A stretch of DNA of 64,000 nucleotides. Source: Candidatus Woesearchaeota archaeon. Its GTDB lineage: Archaea; Nanobdellota; Nanobdellia; Pacearchaeales; GW2011-AR1. Location of the stretch: NCBI GenBank assembly GCA_964576755.1, contig CAZNUV010000003.1, forward strand, positions 30,206-94,205, read 5' to 3'. The position numbers and the translations under genes are program-made. A model generated the notes under the pieces. That model had not been told where the DNA came from. It made no database searches and was given only the letters and a program-made list of their open reading frames with translations. Of this stretch, positions 45,843-55,103 are shown in pieces. How positions within the stretch are numbered: the stretch's first letter is position 1; the number at the start of each line of letters is the position of its first letter.

Positions 45843-46655
45843 TTATTTTTTCTTAGAACTTTTTTTGCTAACTTTTTTCTTTACTAACTTTTTTTGCTTT
45901 TTTGCTTTTTTGCTTTTTTTACCTTTCTTTACTATTTTCAAAAGTTTATTAATCTTTTTTTGTTTTATTGTTGTTTTAGGATTTTTCTTAAATTTCTTAC
46001 CTTTGTCTCTTTCTATTTTTTTATCTTCTTTTATTTTATCTTTGATTCTCTTATCACGTTTTGCTTTTCTTTCTGCCTTTTTTTCTTTTACCTCTTTTAC
46101 CTCTCTTTTTACTTTTGCCTTTGCTTCTTTTTGATTTATTTTACTTAGTTCTTCTTTAATAATATCCATTTCTCTATTAACATGAGAAATTTTTGTTTTT
46201 ATTTCTCTTTTTGGCTTTTCATTATCTACAAGGTTATAAACATCTGCACATTCTTCACATGAAAAATCGTGTTCTAGGGCAGTTTCTTCTTTTACCTCAA
46301 TACTACAATTTTTACATACATAGAATCTTTTATTTTCCCTACTTGCAAGCTGCTCATTTAAACTTTTTATTTTCTTTTGCAGAGTTTCTTCCAATTTTAA
46401 CAAACATTTTTTTGTGTTTAGTGTCCAATAATAGATATACCATCCCTTTCTTTTGTCTTTCTTTCTTATATGTGAGACAAGGCCGTCTGCAGATAATTTG
46501 TAAAGGATATTTCTAACCTGGTTTATAGTTAAATCCATCTTTTTTGCAATTAAGAACTCATTTACATCCTTCTTACTAAAAAGTATATCTACTATCTTTT
46601 CATAATCAGGGCCGACTAACTCTTCTGCTAGTGTCTTAAGAAGTTTTAATTGCAT
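45843..46655 (-). CDS. tfe: Transcription factor E (TFE-alpha/TFIIE-alpha homolog) with a ~95-aa Lys-rich C-terminal tail
   Basis: Winged helix (FLIAKKMDLTINQVRNILYKLSADGLV...WYIYYWTL) and zinc ribbon CKNC...CEEC, followed by a K-rich low-complexity tail. Confidence 0.8.
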   Translation of the reverse strand: MQLKLLKTLAEELVGPDYEKIVDILFSKKDVNEFLIAKKMDLTINQVRNILYKLSADGLVSHIRKKDKRKGWYIYYWTLNTKKCLLKLEETLQKKIKSLNEQLASRENKRFYVCKNCSIEVKEETALEHDFSCEECADVYNLVDNEKPKREIKTKISHVNREMDIIKEELSKINQKEAKAKVKREVKEVKEKKAERKAKRDKRIKDKIKEDKKIERDKGKKFKKNPKTTIKQKKINKLLKIVKKGKKSKKAKKQKKLVKKKVSKKSSKKK

Positions 46656-46757
46656 CTATGTGAAAAATATCTCGTTATTAAATACTTTTCGTTTTTAGAC
46701 TGTTGTAACTATAAAATTAATATAAACCTATAAAAAACAAATTTGACAAATAGTACT

Positions 46758-47384
46758 ATGGGATTTTTTAAGAAAAAAGAAGAGGTTCCAGAATTACCTC
46801 AATTACCAGACTATCCTCCAGTTTATGAGGACTCATCTAAACCATCTAAGTCTAGAAAATCACTTCCAGAATTGCCTAAAAGTGATTTTGGAGAAGGTCT
46901 TAGTCAAGAAATGGTGAAATCTGAGATAAATAACACACATACTAATCAGAATGTAGAACAACTTCCAAGGAATTTTAAGTTAAATTCTCCAGAATATCCT
47001 GGGCATTCTAAAGAAGAGGGAGATTTAATACCTTCTCTTCCAAAAAATAAAAAACAAACCCCACTAACTAGAGAGATTCCAATGGAGATGAGTCCAGAGT
47101 TGCCAGAGATACACCGAAGATCTTTAGAACTTCCTTCAAATGCAGAAATAAGACCTCTTACAAAAGATACAGACCCAATATTTGTAAGAATAGATAAATT
47201 CCAAGATGCTCAGAAGAAGTTTAATGAAATAAAAAAAGCAGTTAAAGAGATTGGAGAAACTCAAAAAAAGATTAGAGATGCAAAAGTAAAAGAAGATATA
47301 GAAATTGATGCTTGGGTTCAAGAAATAGATAAGGTAAAGGCAAGATTAGGTGAAATAGACAAAGATATTTTTGATAAATTATGA
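46758..47384 (+). CDS. Pro-rich/coiled-coil protein (208 aa)
   Basis: Start moved from TTG at 46743 to ATG at 46758 (TATAAAAA at -29). N-terminus MGFFKKK, then PELP repeats and a C-terminal coiled coil. Confidence 0.5.
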   Translation: MGFFKKKEEVPELPQLPDYPPVYEDSSKPSKSRKSLPELPKSDFGEGLSQEMVKSEINNTHTNQNVEQLPRNFKLNSPEYPGHSKEEGDLIPSLPKNKKQTPLTREIPMEMSPELPEIHRRSLELPSNAEIRPLTKDTDPIFVRIDKFQDAQKKFNEIKKAVKEIGETQKKIRDAKVKEDIEIDAWVQEIDKVKARLGEIDKDIFDKL

Positions 47385-47407
47385 TTCTTATAAAATAAAA
47401 AAATAAA

Positions 47408-47779
47408 ATGGCAGATCAAAAAGTTTATGTTTCAATAGATTATATGGGTTATAAAATGAATAAACAAGATATTCTTTATTGTCAAGCAGATCTATTAAAA
47501 TCACTACAACATCTTCAAGAATTAAGAAAGATAAGAAAAGAAAAGAATAATCTAAAATTAAAATTAGCAAGGCAACTTGCCGAGTTATTAAAAACATTAG
47601 AAGAGATTAAAGAATTATTTCCTACTCCGGTAATTCCAAAAGGAATGGGTATGCATGATAAGGAAGAACTAGAATTTAAAGAAGATAAAAAAGAATTAGA
47701 TAAGCATAATAAACAGTCTAGAACTATTGAACAAGAATTAAGAGAAATTCAGGAAAAAATTAAAGGTCTGAATAAATAA
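47408..47779 (+). CDS. Coiled-coil protein (123 aa)
   Basis: Heptad-like K/E/L-rich sequence. Lies 23 nt after the upstream stop. Confidence 0.45.
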   Translation: MADQKVYVSIDYMGYKMNKQDILYCQADLLKSLQHLQELRKIRKEKNNLKLKLARQLAELLKTLEEIKELFPTPVIPKGMGMHDKEELEFKEDKKELDKHNKQSRTIEQELREIQEKIKGLNK

Positions 47780-47841
47780 CTAGTAAATTGAATATATAAA
47801 CTAAGAATTATTTCTATATACTAATAAATATAGAATAAAAT

Positions 47842-48429
47842 ATGAAAAAAAATAACCATAAAATACATAAAAAAGTACCTTTCCTTAAATTTAAATATCC
47901 TAAACTCTTATTATTACTAATTTGTATAATCTCTGCATATTTCTTATTTTCAAACCCTCTTATTCAAGGTTCGATAAATGCTTTACAAGAATTTAGGTAT
48001 CTTGGTTTATTTATTGCAGGAATGCTTTTTGCCTTTGGTTTTTCTGCTCCTTTTGCAGTAGGATTTTTTATTACTTTTAGCCCACAAAATATTATTCTCG
48101 CAGGATTAATTGCAGGAATGGGTGCATTATTTTCAGATATACTTATATTCAGATTCATTAAAATTTCTTTTATGGATGAATTTGAAGAATTGAAAAAAAC
48201 AAAAATTATTTCAACTACACAGAAAGCAATGCAAAAAGGTTTAGGGCTTAGGATTAGTAATTATCTTTTGTATGCTTTTGCAGGAATATTAATTGCCTCT
48301 CCACTACCTGATGAGGCCGGAGTTACCATGCTTGCAGGACTCACAAAGATAAAAGTTTCTGTTCTTGCAATAATCAGTTTTATTCTTAATACTCTTGGGA
48401 TAATTGTTATTCTTCTTCTTAGTGCATAA
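47842..48429 (+). CDS. Membrane protein (195 aa)
   Basis: 5 hydrophobic helices. Confidence 0.5.
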   Translation: MKKNNHKIHKKVPFLKFKYPKLLLLLICIISAYFLFSNPLIQGSINALQEFRYLGLFIAGMLFAFGFSAPFAVGFFITFSPQNIILAGLIAGMGALFSDILIFRFIKISFMDEFEELKKTKIISTTQKAMQKGLGLRISNYLLYAFAGILIASPLPDEAGVTMLAGLTKIKVSVLAIISFILNTLGIIVILLLSA

Positions 48430-48470
48430 TCTTTAAGAAAATTTAAAAGTCTTGATTAATTAATATATAC

Positions 48471-50204
48471 ATGCCTAAAATGAAGATAAACAGAAAAGAG
48501 CTGATTAAAAAATACATAGAATTTTTTAAATCAAAAAATCATAAAGAAATAAAAAATTCTAGTCTTATTCCGGAGAACGATCCTACAGTGCTGTTTACAA
48601 CAGCAGGAATGCATCCTCTTGTGCCATTTTTACTAGGAGAAAAACATCCTCAAGGTAAAAGACTTGTAAATGTGCAAAAATGTATTCGTACACAAGACAT
48701 TGATGAAGTTGGAGATAGTTTTCATCATACTTTTTTTGAAATGCTTGGTAATTGGTCTTTAGGAGATTATTGGAAACAAGAAGCAATAGAAATGAGTTTT
48801 AATTTTCTTACAAAAGAACTTAAGATTCCTAGGGAAGAGATTTTTATAACTTGTTTTAAAGGAGACAAATCTATCAATGTTGATAAAGATACAATCTCTG
48901 CAGAGATTTGGGAAAAACTTGGAATAAAAAAGAACAACATTAAGTTTCTAGAAAAAAAAGATAATTGGTGGGGTCCTGCAGGAGAAACAGGTCCTTGCGG
49001 ACCTGATACAGAAATGTTTGTTAAGGGTATTGAAATCTGGAATGATGTTTTTATGCAGTATGAAAAATCAAAGAACAAAAAATTTATCCCTGCAACACAA
49101 AAAAATGTTGATACTGGAATGGGTGTAGAAAGAACAGTTACAATTCTTTCTGGTTTAAATGATAATTATCTTGCAGATATGTGGTTACCTTTAATAAAAC
49201 AAATTGAAAAAATATCTAAAAAAAAGTATGGTTCTAAAGATAAAGAAACAACAAAAGCAATGAGGATTATTGCAGACCATATTAAAGCTGCAGTTTTTAT
49301 TATTGCAGAAGGCATTGTCCCAAGTAATACTGAACAAGGTTATGTCTTGAGAAGATTAATTAGGAGAGCTATACGATATGGGAAAAAGTTAGGAATTCCT
49401 TTAGATAAAGATTTAACAACACCGATTGTAGAAGAAACTCTAAAAATTTACAAGGATTATGAGATATTAAATAACAATAAACAAAAAATAATTGATGAAT
49501 TAAATAAAGAAGAAGACAAATTTGAAAAAACCCTCGAAGAAGGATTAAGAAAATTAAAAAAGATGGCTGGAAATAAAAAGATTTCTGGAAAGGATGCATT
49601 TCTACTCTATCAATCTTATGGATTTCCAATTGAAATGACTCAAGAGATTGCAACAGAAGAATGGAGTGCTTCTGTTGATTTTGCAGGCTTCCAAAAAGAA
49701 CTTGCAAGACATCAGGAACTCAGTAGGACAGCTTCTGCAGGCCGTTTTAAAAGTGGTCTTGCAGATCATTCAGAACAAACAACTAAATTACATACTGCAG
49801 CACATTTAATGTTAGCAGGATTAAGAAAATTAATTAATCCAGATATTGAACAAAGGGGTTCTAATATTAATGCAGAAAGATTAAGATTTGATTTTACTTT
49901 TGATAGAAAATTAGAAGAAAAAGAAATTAAAAAAATTGAAGATTTTGTAAATTCTGCAATATCTCAAAAGATTGATGTTGAAAAAAAAGAGATGTCTCTT
50001 GATGAAGCAAAAAAATCAGGAGCACTTGGAATATTTGAAGATAAGTATGGGGATAAAGTTTCTGTATATAAGGTTGGGCAAATAAGTAATGAAATCTGTG
50101 CAGGTCCACATGTTTCAAATACTAAAGAACTTGGAAAATTTAAAATTACAAAACAAGATTCTTCAGGTGCAGGTGTTAGAAGGATTAAAGCTGTGTTGGA
50201 ATAA
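48471..50204 (+). CDS. alaS: Alanyl-tRNA synthetase, bacterial-type, minimal form (577 aa, no C-Ala domain)
   Basis: DPTVLFTTAGMHP, HHTFFEMLGNWSLGDYWK, GPCGPDTEMF, VDTGMGVER. Editing-site HTAAHLM and CAGPHV. Ends right after GVRRIKAV. Confidence 0.9.
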   Translation: MPKMKINRKELIKKYIEFFKSKNHKEIKNSSLIPENDPTVLFTTAGMHPLVPFLLGEKHPQGKRLVNVQKCIRTQDIDEVGDSFHHTFFEMLGNWSLGDYWKQEAIEMSFNFLTKELKIPREEIFITCFKGDKSINVDKDTISAEIWEKLGIKKNNIKFLEKKDNWWGPAGETGPCGPDTEMFVKGIEIWNDVFMQYEKSKNKKFIPATQKNVDTGMGVERTVTILSGLNDNYLADMWLPLIKQIEKISKKKYGSKDKETTKAMRIIADHIKAAVFIIAEGIVPSNTEQGYVLRRLIRRAIRYGKKLGIPLDKDLTTPIVEETLKIYKDYEILNNNKQKIIDELNKEEDKFEKTLEEGLRKLKKMAGNKKISGKDAFLLYQSYGFPIEMTQEIATEEWSASVDFAGFQKELARHQELSRTASAGRFKSGLADHSEQTTKLHTAAHLMLAGLRKLINPDIEQRGSNINAERLRFDFTFDRKLEEKEIKKIEDFVNSAISQKIDVEKKEMSLDEAKKSGALGIFEDKYGDKVSVYKVGQISNEICAGPHVSNTKELGKFKITKQDSSGAGVRRIKAVLE

Positions 50205-50223
50205 ATCTATAAAACCATTAAAA

Positions 50224-50610
50224 TCACTTTTTCTTATTCATTTTTCTTTCAATTCTTGAAAGCATTGTTTTAACTTCTTCAATTTCTCTTGCAGCTCTTC
50301 TGTTAACCTGATAATCATATTCCATTTTGAGCCTGTCTTTCTGAGCCTGTCTATTTTGGCTCATTAAAATTATAGGCGCTTGTAATGCCGCAAGACAAGA
50401 TAAACACAAATTAAGAATAATAAATGGCCAAGGATCCCATTGTTGAACATAAGCAGTAACATTAAGATAAATCCATATTGCAATAAGTATTAGCAGAATA
50501 ATAATAAAAGTCCAGCTACCTGCAATTTTTGTAAGGCCGTCTGCAGCTTTCTGTCCAAATGTTCTTTCTGTCTTTAAAACTTTTTTAACAACACCTTCTT
50601 TTTTTATCAT
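50224..50610 (-). CDS. DUF1003-family membrane protein
   Basis: GSWTFII...WDPWPFILNL..S..AA.QAPIILMSQNRQAQKDR...DYQVN pattern. Confidence 0.6.
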   Translation of the reverse strand: MIKKEGVVKKVLKTERTFGQKAADGLTKIAGSWTFIIILLILIAIWIYLNVTAYVQQWDPWPFIILNLCLSCLAALQAPIILMSQNRQAQKDRLKMEYDYQVNRRAAREIEEVKTMLSRIERKMNKKK

Positions 50611-50665
50611 TTTTATTTCTTATAATTATTAATATAATTTTTAGTTTAAATAGTTAACCCTATTT

Positions 50666-51181
50666 TTATTTTTTATTAGGGATTTCTTCAAGCATTCTTA
50701 AATCAATTAAATCTTTTTCTTTATCTCTTGTTTTCAATTGATATTTTTTAAAATCTATCAAATATCTTTTACTCAGGACACGACACTTTATGTCATTTAA
50801 TTCCTTTTCATCTTCTTCAAAATCTTCTTCAACAATCCCAAACTCTTTAACATAGGGTCCAATATCTACTTGAACTCCTTGTTTATTTTCATATATAAAA
50901 TTAGTAAGATTTTCTGTTAGTCTCGGTTTTCTTTCAGAAATCTTTTCAAATCCAAGACTTTTTAAAATTTTTAGAAATTCTTCTTGATCTTTAGGTGTTT
51001 TAACAATTAAATCTAAATCATTATGTTCTCTATAAACTCTCCCTATATGAAAAGCATGTGCAAGTCCTCCAAGTAACCAAAATTTAATCCCTTTTTTATT
51101 AGCAGCTGTTTTTATATCACTAAGAGCTTTAAGACAAAGTTCTGTTTTCCTAAATTCTTGGTTATTTTTATTATAATCCAT
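50666..51181 (-). CDS. Nucleotidyltransferase (ANT(2'')/Lnu-like minimal NTase fold)
   Basis: LLGGLAHAFHIGRVYREHNDLDLIV (G-x-A...D-x-D). Confidence 0.6.
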   Translation of the reverse strand: MDYNKNNQEFRKTELCLKALSDIKTAANKKGIKFWLLGGLAHAFHIGRVYREHNDLDLIVKTPKDQEEFLKILKSLGFEKISERKPRLTENLTNFIYENKQGVQVDIGPYVKEFGIVEEDFEEDEKELNDIKCRVLSKRYLIDFKKYQLKTRDKEKDLIDLRMLEEIPNKK

Positions 51182-51497
51182 CTTCTTTTTTACTAGACAT
51201 AACTAATTCATAAAGAGTTCCATTTCTCATCCAAGGTTCGTAAACTTCTGCGAATCTTTTAGCATGCCCATTAATTGTCCAAAGTAGGTTTGCTTGATTC
51301 CATCCAATATCTTTTCTTTGTCTCTGACTTTCTTCATATTTGAATCTTTCAATACATTTAATCTGTTCTAACATACGATCATCAACTCTTGATTCTCTTA
51401 AGACAATCTCTTTTAGTATACAATATTTACCTTTACATGGACAAATATCCTCAATAACCTCCCTATGTGTTCTATTGTTAGAAGTCTCTTCTCCCAT
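51171..51497 (-). CDS. Hypothetical Cys-containing protein (108 aa)
   Basis: Overlaps the NTase start by 11 nt and lies 11 nt downstream of leuS. Confidence 0.45.
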   Translation of the reverse strand: MGEETSNNRTHREVIEDICPCKGKYCILKEIVLRESRVDDRMLEQIKCIERFKYEESQRQRKDIGWNQANLLWTINGHAKRFAEVYEPWMRNGTLYELVMSSKKEDGL

Positions 51498-51508
51498 CTC
51501 TTTTTAAA

Positions 51509-54010
51509 TTATTTTAAATAAATTGCAGGTTTTCCTGGTTTTGCTTTTTTTGCCTTACCTTCAGGATCATGCTTGGTTTTTTCATTTACTCCATAAATAT
51601 TTATTTTTAATTGGATAGCCTTTTCTAAGTTTTTTATTTCTTTTAAATAAGATTCTTTTTCTGAAGGGATTACATAGATAAATGCCTTTGTTAATTTTTT
51701 ATTTTCTCTCTTTTCTAGAATCTCTTTAATATGGATTATCTCTTTAGTTAAATTTTCTAATATCTGTCTTGGTTTTTTTGAATTCTTATTTATCTCCTCT
51801 TTTTTATATTCTGGCCATTTTTCTAAACTAATAAATTTATTTCCAGATTTATTATTTCCAATCTGGGCCCATAACTCTTCTGCAATATGTGGGCAGAATG
51901 GCGAGAGAAGCTTAATTGCAGATTCTAAATCTTTTTTTGCAGTTTGTTTTTCTTCAATTATTTGATCAAATAATTGCTTAATTTTAATTGTTGCAATCCT
52001 ATATCTAAATTCTTCAATATCTTCTCCAACCTGCTTGATTGTTTTATTTAATAATTCAGAAAGTTTTGTAGAAGTTTTTGTTAGGTTAATTTTAGGGATA
52101 TTGAGAATTAACTTTTTAGTAAATCTTAAACTTCCTTGAATTCCTTTTTCAGACCACTCTCTTGGTTTGTCTGGTTCTGCAAGAGAAAGTAAGAAATACC
52201 GTGCAGTATCAATTCCATATTTTTCAGAAACAGCGTCAGGGTTAACAACATTTCCCTTAGATTTAGACATTTTATTTCCACCCTCTCCGTGTAGCATTCC
52301 TTGGTGAAATAATTTCTTTGCAGGCTCTCTAAAATTAATTAATCCTAAATCTGCTAGGAATTTAGTATAAAACCTAAAATAAATCAAGTGCATACACGCG
52401 TGTTCTGCACCACCAATATACTGATCAATAGGGCACCATGCCTCAACTTTATCTTTATCAAAGATTTTTTTATCATTATTAGGATCACAATATCTTAGAA
52501 AATACCATGAAGAATTTACAAAAGTATCCATTGTGTCTGTTTCTCTTTTTCCTTCTCCACCACACTTAGGACATTTTACATTAACCCACTCCTTATTAGT
52601 TTCAAGAGGATTCCCTTTTCCAAATTTTACCTGTTTAGGAAGTTCTACAGGTAGGTCTTTTTCAGGAACAGGAACAGCACCACATTCTTTACAGTGTATA
52701 ATTGGAATCGGAGTCCCCCAGTATCTCTGTCTAGAAATTCCCCAGTCTTTTAATCTAAAATTAATTATTTTTTTACCAAAACCCTTTTTTTCAATATAAT
52801 CTGCCATTTTAGGTAGTGCTTTTCTATTATCCATTCCAGAAAATTCTCCAGAATTAAACAATATTCCATCATCTGTGAATGCATCATCAAAATCTTTTGG
52901 ATCTATCTTTTTCCCATCCTTACTTATCACAAACTTTAATGGAATTTTGTATTTTCTTGCAAATCTAAAGTCTCTCTTATCATGAGCATCACACATTACA
53001 ACTCCAGAGCCATACATCAAAACAAAATTGGAAATATAAATTGGAATTTTTTCATTGTTAAGAGGATTTATTGCATATTTTCCTGTGAATACCCCTTGTT
53101 TTTCCTTTTCCTGATTTGCTCTATCAATAAGTGTTTGTTTTTTTACTTTTTCTATAAAGTCTTTTGCAGGTTTTTCATACTCTGTGCCTGCGACAAGTTC
53201 TGGTATAAGTGGGCTTTCTGGTGCAACTGCTAAAAATGTTACACTATATGTTGTGTCACACCTTGTTGTAAATGTAGGTAAGACCTTATCTGAATTTTCT
53301 AGTTTAAAATAAATATCCACACCATGAGATTTTCCAATCCAATTCTTCTGCATTGCCTTTGTTTTTTCAGGCCACCCATCTAATTTGTCTATAGAGGTGT
53401 ATAACTCGTCTGCATAATCTGTTATTTTGAAATACCACTGTTTAAGATTTTTAATTTCTACTTCTGTGTCTTCATGTCTCCAACATTTTCCATTCTGAAC
53501 TTGTTCATTTGCTAAGACAGTATCGCATTTAGGGCACCAATTAACATCAGACTCTTTTTGATGTGCAAGATTCTTCTCAAGCATTTTTAAGAATATCCAC
53601 TGATCCCATTTATAATAATTAGGGTCTGCAGTATTTACCATCCTTGACCAATCATAACTAATTCCTAGTTCTTTTTGTTGTTTTATATAATTCTTAATTG
53701 CATTATTTGTGTACTCTTGGGGACGTGTTCCTGCTTTTATTGCTGCATTTTCAGCAGGAAGGCCTAGGGCATCATAACCCATGGGATGGAGAACATTAAA
53801 TCCTTGCATTTTCTTATACCTTGCAAGGATATCTCCGATAACATAATTTAAAGCATGGCCCATGTGAAGCCCATTGCCAGAAGGATAAGGAAACATTACA
53901 AGAACATAATACTTTTCTTCCTTAGAATTTTTTTTAACTTCAAATATTTTCTTTAATTCCCAAGCTTTTTGCCACTTACTCTCAATTTTTTTAAAATTTA
54001 CTTCTTCCAT
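51509..54010 (-). CDS. leuS: Leucyl-tRNA synthetase, bacterial type
   Basis: FPYPSGNGLHMGHALNY, PMGYDALGLPAENAA, NWCPKCDTVLANEQV, KMSKSKGN. Confidence 0.93.
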   Translation of the reverse strand: MEEVNFKKIESKWQKAWELKKIFEVKKNSKEEKYYVLVMFPYPSGNGLHMGHALNYVIGDILARYKKMQGFNVLHPMGYDALGLPAENAAIKAGTRPQEYTNNAIKNYIKQQKELGISYDWSRMVNTADPNYYKWDQWIFLKMLEKNLAHQKESDVNWCPKCDTVLANEQVQNGKCWRHEDTEVEIKNLKQWYFKITDYADELYTSIDKLDGWPEKTKAMQKNWIGKSHGVDIYFKLENSDKVLPTFTTRCDTTYSVTFLAVAPESPLIPELVAGTEYEKPAKDFIEKVKKQTLIDRANQEKEKQGVFTGKYAINPLNNEKIPIYISNFVLMYGSGVVMCDAHDKRDFRFARKYKIPLKFVISKDGKKIDPKDFDDAFTDDGILFNSGEFSGMDNRKALPKMADYIEKKGFGKKIINFRLKDWGISRQRYWGTPIPIIHCKECGAVPVPEKDLPVELPKQVKFGKGNPLETNKEWVNVKCPKCGGEGKRETDTMDTFVNSSWYFLRYCDPNNDKKIFDKDKVEAWCPIDQYIGGAEHACMHLIYFRFYTKFLADLGLINFREPAKKLFHQGMLHGEGGNKMSKSKGNVVNPDAVSEKYGIDTARYFLLSLAEPDKPREWSEKGIQGSLRFTKKLILNIPKINLTKTSTKLSELLNKTIKQVGEDIEEFRYRIATIKIKQLFDQIIEEKQTAKKDLESAIKLLSPFCPHIAEELWAQIGNNKSGNKFISLEKWPEYKKEEINKNSKKPRQILENLTKEIIHIKEILEKRENKKLTKAFIYVIPSEKESYLKEIKNLEKAIQLKINIYGVNEKTKHDPEGKAKKAKPGKPAIYLK

Positions 54011-54046
54011 ACTTATTAATTGGTATCTAGTGTTTAAAAATTTTTA

Positions 54047-54319
54047 TTAAGTAGTTTTTCTATGTGTTTTCTTATACCTTATTTCTGCTTCTTGTCTTTG
54101 TAACTCAAACTCTTTGAAATCTTCTTTAACCTCTGGAGAAATAATTAATATCCCTTCTATTGAATTAGGATTTAAACTTTGAACACTTTTTACAAAAGTC
54201 CAAATACCTTTTATATTCTTAATTTTTGGACGATAATTTCCATTCCATATTTGATATTCATTACTAAGAATATTGCCTGTACTTGGTTCGCATCTTTGTA
54301 TTTTATATTCTTTTGCCAT
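54047..54319 (-). CDS. Hypothetical protein (90 aa)
   Basis: ORF only. Confidence 0.4.
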   Translation of the reverse strand: MAKEYKIQRCEPSTGNILSNEYQIWNGNYRPKIKNIKGIWTFVKSVQSLNPNSIEGILIISPEVKEDFKEFELQRQEAEIRYKKTHRKTT

Positions 54320-54506
54320 CGTATTGTAAATTAATTTAGATGGCCTTATAGTAAAGCCACGACTAACACTAAGATTAGAACTAGTAAGTTTTGTGTTAAT
54401 CTTTTCATATAATACTTATAATATTAGAGTTTAAATAATTTTGTAAACCAGACTAGGAGATTCTCATAAACGAAAATTTTAAATATCTTTAAGATATTAA
54501 TAAATT

Positions 54507-54761
54507 ATGGCAGAAAAAGAACTAATAGGAGAAGTTTCAAACTACTTTGAACATGTTGGTGTTGCTGCAATAAAACTTTCATCTCCATTGAAAGTTGGAG
54601 ATAAGGTCCAAATTACTGGAGGAGAGAAAACTGATTTTGAGCAGACCATTAGCAGTATGCAAGTGCATCGTGATAAAGTAGAAAAATCAAAACCTGGAGA
54701 TGAAGTGGGGATAAAAGTAGATCAAAAGGTTAGAAAAGGTTACAGAATTTTCAAAGTCTAA
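54507..54761 (+). CDS. EF-Tu domain-2-like beta-barrel protein (84 aa)
   Basis: VGVAAIKLSSPLKVGDKVQI...KPGDEVGIKV...KGYRIFKV. TTTAAATA box at -29. Confidence 0.5.
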   Translation: MAEKELIGEVSNYFEHVGVAAIKLSSPLKVGDKVQITGGEKTDFEQTISSMQVHRDKVEKSKPGDEVGIKVDQKVRKGYRIFKV

Positions 54762-54860
54762 CCTTCCCTTCTTTTAAATAGGGACTATTGAATTTCTAAA
54801 AATTAGATAATTATATTTTAAATAAAAATAAAAAAGGTATTGGATGGCAATCAAGAATTT

Positions 54861-54941
54861 TTAATCTTCGTTTTCGTCACTGTCATCGTTCCCTTCATCT
54901 TGATTTTCATCATCATCCATATCGTATGAGTCTTCTTCCAT
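54861..54941 (-). CDS. Candidate micro-ORF: 26-aa poly-acidic peptide MEEDSYDMDDDENQDEGNDDSDENED
   Basis: Perfect SD CGGAGGTAAAAAATG. Falls below the ORF-track cutoff. Confidence 0.3.
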   Translation of the reverse strand: MEEDSYDMDDDENQDEGNDDSDENED

Positions 54942-55103
54942 TTTTTACCTCCGATTTAAATCCTCATCTTTTGCTTTTGGTGTTTTTAAACGTTTCTTTT
55001 CAAGTGTATTCACTCAAAAATAACTTTTTTTTCTGTTTGGAATAAATTTAAATAGTTTAATGATTTAACTTAATCTATAGATTACCTTGGAGGTGAGGGT
55101 AAC

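Noticed and set aside
45843-46150. Repetitive-looking A/T-rich stretch that could be mistaken for a tandem repeat or CRISPR-like array
   Set aside because: There is no regular repeat-spacer periodicity. It is in-frame low-complexity coding sequence: the K-rich tail of TFE.
45865-46516. Three plus-strand ORFs (45865..46134, 45894..46148, 46193..46516), rich in F/L/S
   Set aside because: They are the complement of the Lys/Glu-rich TFE tail and the TFE body. Poly-Phe/Leu translations are the expected antisense artefact of AAA/AAG/GAA runs.
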